Source: Lingula anatina (Eukaryota > Animalia > Brachiopoda). Taken from it: DNA of 64,000 nucleotides. The notes beneath the pieces are model-generated. The model was not told where the DNA came from. It did not search any database and saw nothing but the letters and a program-made list of their open reading frames with translations. Shown here piece after piece: positions 61,601-64,000 of the stretch (positions are counted from its first letter, which is position 1; each line of letters begins with the position of its first letter). The translations under genes were made by a program, and so were the position numbers. The DNA is taken from positions 14,756,001-14,820,000 of the forward strand of contig CM120646.1 in the NCBI GenBank assembly GCA_051362555.1, in the 5' to 3' direction.

Positions 61601-63616
61601 TTTGGGTCATCTTTCATCTCCATGAATTTGGGGTCAATCGGTGCATTTTCTCGGGAGTAGCGGCCATAAGATACCGAAACTGAAAACTGTCTCTAATTCG
61701 GGAACCGTTAATGCTAGCGACCCGTTCTTTTTTGCATTTTATAGAGCATGTAAAGCCCAAAACTGAGAGTGGTCTCCGTTTTTTTTGTATTTCAAAGGGT
61801 TTTTTGTGTTATGCTGTATTAAAAAGTACTTTGTGGTGGCACATTATTGTAACTCGGAATTGTAACATTTAGTCCCTTATATCTCCAAAACTGGCAGAGG
61901 TGGTCAAAAGTTATTATTTAAGTTGAATAGGAAGTCATTTACTTAGAATCTAGATGTGACCTTGAAATTGACCTTTGACCTACTTTTCACCATGAACTGA
62001 ACTTTGCAAATTTTTGTTCCGTTTAATCTCCAAAACTGGCAGAGATAGGTCCATAGTTACAATTGAACTTGAATAGGAAGTCATTAGAGGCAATTTACTC
62101 TGACCTTGACGTTGACCTTTGACCTACTTTTTATCATGAACTGAACTTTGCAAATTTTTGTTCCCTTTTATCTCCAAAACTGGCAAAGATTCGCCCATAG
62201 TTACTATTGAATTAGATTAGAAAGTCATTAGAGACATTTTATTGTGACCTTAAAATTGACCTTTGACCTACTTTTCACCATGTACTGAACTTTGCAAATT
62301 TTCATTCCCTTTTATCTCCAAAACTGGCAGAGATAGGTCCATAGTTACTATTGAACTTGAATAGGAAGTCATATACTGGCAATCTAAGTGTGACCTTGAA
62401 ATTGACCTTTGACCTACTTTTCATCATGAATTGAACTTTGCAGATTTTCTTTCCCTTTTATCTCCAAAACTGGCTGTGATAGATCCATAGTTACTATTGA
62501 ACTTAAATAGGAAGTCATATACTGGCAATTTACTGTGACCTTTAAATTGACCTTTGACCTTCCTTTTACTATGAACTGAACTTTGCAAATTTTCGTTCAC
62601 CTTTATCTCCAAAACTGACAGAGATAGGTCCATACTTACTATTGAACTTGAATAGGAAGTAATACACTAGCAATCTGTGACCTTGAAATTGACCTTTGAC
62701 CTACTTTTTATGATGAACTGCTTTTTGCATGTTTTCTGGCCTTTGAATCTGCAAAATTGGCAAAGAAATGCCCATGGTTGCTATTGAACTTGAATAGAAA
62801 TTCATATACTATGATATTGAAATTGACCTTTGACCTACTTTTTCACCATGAACTGAGCTTTGCATATTTTCTTGCCTCTCGTATCTTTAAAACTAGCAGA
62901 GATGTGCCCATTGTTTCCCCAAGGTTTTCTCTTTTGTCAGCATATATGCACCATTGACAACACATTTCAAGGAAAACCAATAGGCCTTTTGTCTAGAGAA
63001 TACAGTAGTGATCAAGGGTAGGAAAATGCAAGTCAATTCGAAAATCTGCTTGATTGTACCATTTTTAGTTATATTTTTTTGCATATTTTGAGAACTCTTG
63101 TTGATTGCATCTTATAGAGCTTCTCAAACACAAGACTGGTGATGGTGTCCCTTTTAGGAGGGGGGGGGTCCATACGAATGCGCTTACTCCAGCTGGTGGT
63201 ACAATATCCGGAGGCGGTATCGCCTCTCTGATCCTCTAGTTTAAGTCTGTGATTTCTTTGTTTGGTAATGTATAAAAGTAATTGTGCTGTGATTTGACAC
63301 ACTGCACTTTAAAGGAGTTCTTTGACATCCTCTCTCTAGTTATTTTGGTAACATCTTAAAGTTTGTTTCTTATTTTTTGAGACAGATAATGATTGGCTCA
63401 TAAATGACTTTTACAGAACTGCCTATGATTATATTTGAATTGTTATGATTATAGAAATTGAAGAATATTAAATGGGCTCTAATCCAGTTGAGATACTTGA
63501 TTTCTGATTTTTTAAAACCATTTTTATTGTCCAATATTTCAGACTCAGATGGTTATGAATTTGTGATAGTTTCATTAGATAATAAACAGTGGCAGTTTGA
63601 GGCACCCACAACAGAC
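30097..63616 (+). CDS. AGAP1: Arf-GAP with GTPase, ANK repeat and PH domain (AGAP1/3-like, centaurin-gamma), 3' part beyond window
   Basis: Exons 30097-30271, 41464-41522, 41800-41887, 42440-42525, 42755-42896, 43124-43258, 43514-43752, 44678-44848, [45723-45836 / 49331-49429 / 51449-51550 / 54244-54330], 55464-55520, 55895-55999, 57774-57921, 58275-58418, (59443-59460), 60815-60961 and 63543-63616. Motifs [80 protein letters not shown] and [15 protein letters not shown]. Confidence 0.96.
36187..36480. repeat. 40-41 bp minisatellite, about 7 copies
   Basis: Unit TGTTGACAGCTAACTTGTGATTGCTTCTCACCAAACACAA. Confidence 0.93.
36987..37571. mobile_element. MITE with about 47-bp imperfect TIRs, hosting a nested foldback element
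   Basis: GGGCCAGTTCCACTAAAGAATTTTAGACCGAAAGCTGGTCTAAACTT pairs with AAGTTTAGACCAATTTTCGGGCTTAAGTTCTTTGGTGAAACTGGCC. Confidence 0.8.
37146..37447. mobile_element. Foldback MITE with about 130-bp inverted arms
   Basis: Arm 37146-~37278 is the reverse complement of ~37314-37447 (e.g. CTTTTAATAGTCTCTCCGCCTCTCACA / TGTGAGAGGCGGAGAGACTATTAAAAG). TTA/TAA near the ends. Confidence 0.88.
40073..40178 (+). CDS. Candidate alternative first coding exon of AGAP
   Basis: [35 protein letters not shown] followed by A|GTAAGT. Phase 1, the same as exon 1, so it is in frame with exon 41464. Confidence 0.6.
45723..45836 (+). CDS. AGAP paralogous cassette exon A
   Basis: TTGCAG acceptor, GTAAGT donor, 114 nt, phase 0-0: [38 protein letters not shown]. 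Confidence 0.78.
47996..48115. repeat. Degenerate tandem repeat, about 47 bp x 2.5
   Basis: GGGAT(A/T)T(A/T)TTAC(C/T)ATAG(C/A)AACACATGG recurs three times. Confidence 0.75.
49331..49429 (+). CDS. AGAP paralogous cassette exon B
   Basis: TCTCTCTCCTCTAG acceptor, GTAAGT donor, 99 nt, phase 0-0: [33 protein letters not shown]. Confidence 0.8.
51449..51550 (+). CDS. AGAP paralogous cassette exon C (most diverged)
   Basis: TTTGTAG acceptor, GTAAGT donor, 102 nt, phase 0-0: [34 protein letters not shown]. Confidence 0.68.
52847..53062. repeat. Tandem duplication of about 108 bp
   Basis: TATATGCTTGTTATTAG...GAATGTGCATATGCAGACAT...TTGAAGTGATTCAATACTATTTGCTTG occurs twice. Confidence 0.88.
54244..54330 (+). 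CDS. AGAP paralogous cassette exon D (closest to the canonical AGAP motif)
   Basis: 87 nt, phase 0-0: [29 protein letters not shown]. Donor GTAAGG. TACTAAC at 54179-54185. Confidence 0.9.
55503..55668 (+). repeat. 22-bp tandem repeat spanning an AGAP 5' splice site
   Basis: Unit GTTATACCCATTAGACAGGTAT, six good copies plus degenerate ones. The first copy is the exon end and donor. Confidence 0.93.
56117..57622 (+). mobile_element. Non-autonomous Helentron-like (HINE/DINE-1-type) element
   Basis: 5' hairpin TATGTACAGACACA-GA-TGTGTCTGTACATA, (GCCGAT)n microsatellite, 3' subterminal inverted copy TGTCTGTACAT (57590-57600) followed by a short imperfect stem. T-rich flanks. 56128-56371 is duplicated at about 57021-57245. 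Confidence 0.78.
59443..59460 (+). CDS. Candidate 18-nt AGAP microexon (DVFSDV)
   Basis: Acceptor TTTGCTTTCTTTGTTTTCCATAG, donor GTATGT. Frame-preserving in a phase-1 intron. GCATG cluster downstream. Confidence 0.7.
61057..63239 (+). mobile_element. Non-autonomous Helentron-like (HINE) element carrying a satellite array
   Basis: 5' hairpin AGTACCACCAGCG..CGCTGGCGGTACT, GGCTCCGCC-type microsatellite, central tandem array. 3' inverted copy GCTGGTGGTAC (63192-63202), stem GAGGCG-GTAT-CGCCTC, terminal CTAG followed by T run. Confidence 0.87.
61878..62915. repeat. About 144-bp satellite array, about 7 monomers
   Basis: ATCTCCAAAACTGG-type anchor recurs at 61881, 62026, 62170, 62314, 62460, 62605, 62747 and 62883. 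Confidence 0.95.
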
Positions 63617-64000
63617 GTAAGTTTAATGCCTGTTTGTGTGTGTGTTTATCTATACATGTGTGCAAATGTGTGCTTATACTTTTGTTACTATGCCTAAGTA
63701 TGTGTGAATGCAGATGTGAATGTGTATGCTGATTGGTAAATATGTATCTATAGGTAAAAATTGCGGGTTTTATTTGTTCCCTTTTAACTGTGTGTTTGCA
63801 TCTGTTCTTGTTCATAGACTAAACATTTATCCAGTACTCCCAAAGTTTTATCTAATATTTCATAATGTTCCAGCAAAACCAAGATCTTTATGGGAGAGTA
63901 CAAGTAATAATTTTCATTTTTGAATTAAAATTAACCAATGGGAATGTTCACTTCAACTGACACCATATTCCATGTTAATAGTCGATCTTCACCGATTTCA

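Overview
AT-rich, intron-rich animal genomic DNA. It looks like a marine invertebrate (lophotrochozoan/mollusc-like) but the taxon cannot be fixed from sequence alone. Six host genes were reconstructed by hand from splice sites: (1) an intronless-CDS polysaccharide pyruvyltransferase with an N-terminal membrane anchor (+, 2327-3490); (2) a secreted CUB/Thr-rich gene whose 3' end is not found in the window (-, 5387-8093); (3) a 12-coding-exon CSAD/GADL1-type PLP decarboxylase (-, 10310-15905); (4) CCDC12 (+, 19461-22241); (5) Costars/ABRACL (-, 23974-29387), with a young full-length Ty3/Gypsy element in its intron; (6) a large AGAP/centaurin-gamma gene (+, 30097 to beyond 64000). Mobile DNA includes a Tc1 fossil, a LINE 3' fragment inside an 80-100 bp duplication, several MITEs and two Helentron-like (HINE) elements. 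The most notable signals are: an AGAP alternative-splicing module not shown by the ORF track (four paralogous phase-0 exons, an 18-nt microexon, an alternative first exon, a tandemly amplified splice donor); an animal Golgi-type pyruvyltransferase; a circularly permuted, stop-free CUB exon flanked by inverted MITEs; and a Gypsy integrase with a swapped catalytic motif. All gene models are manual and untested against RNA data.
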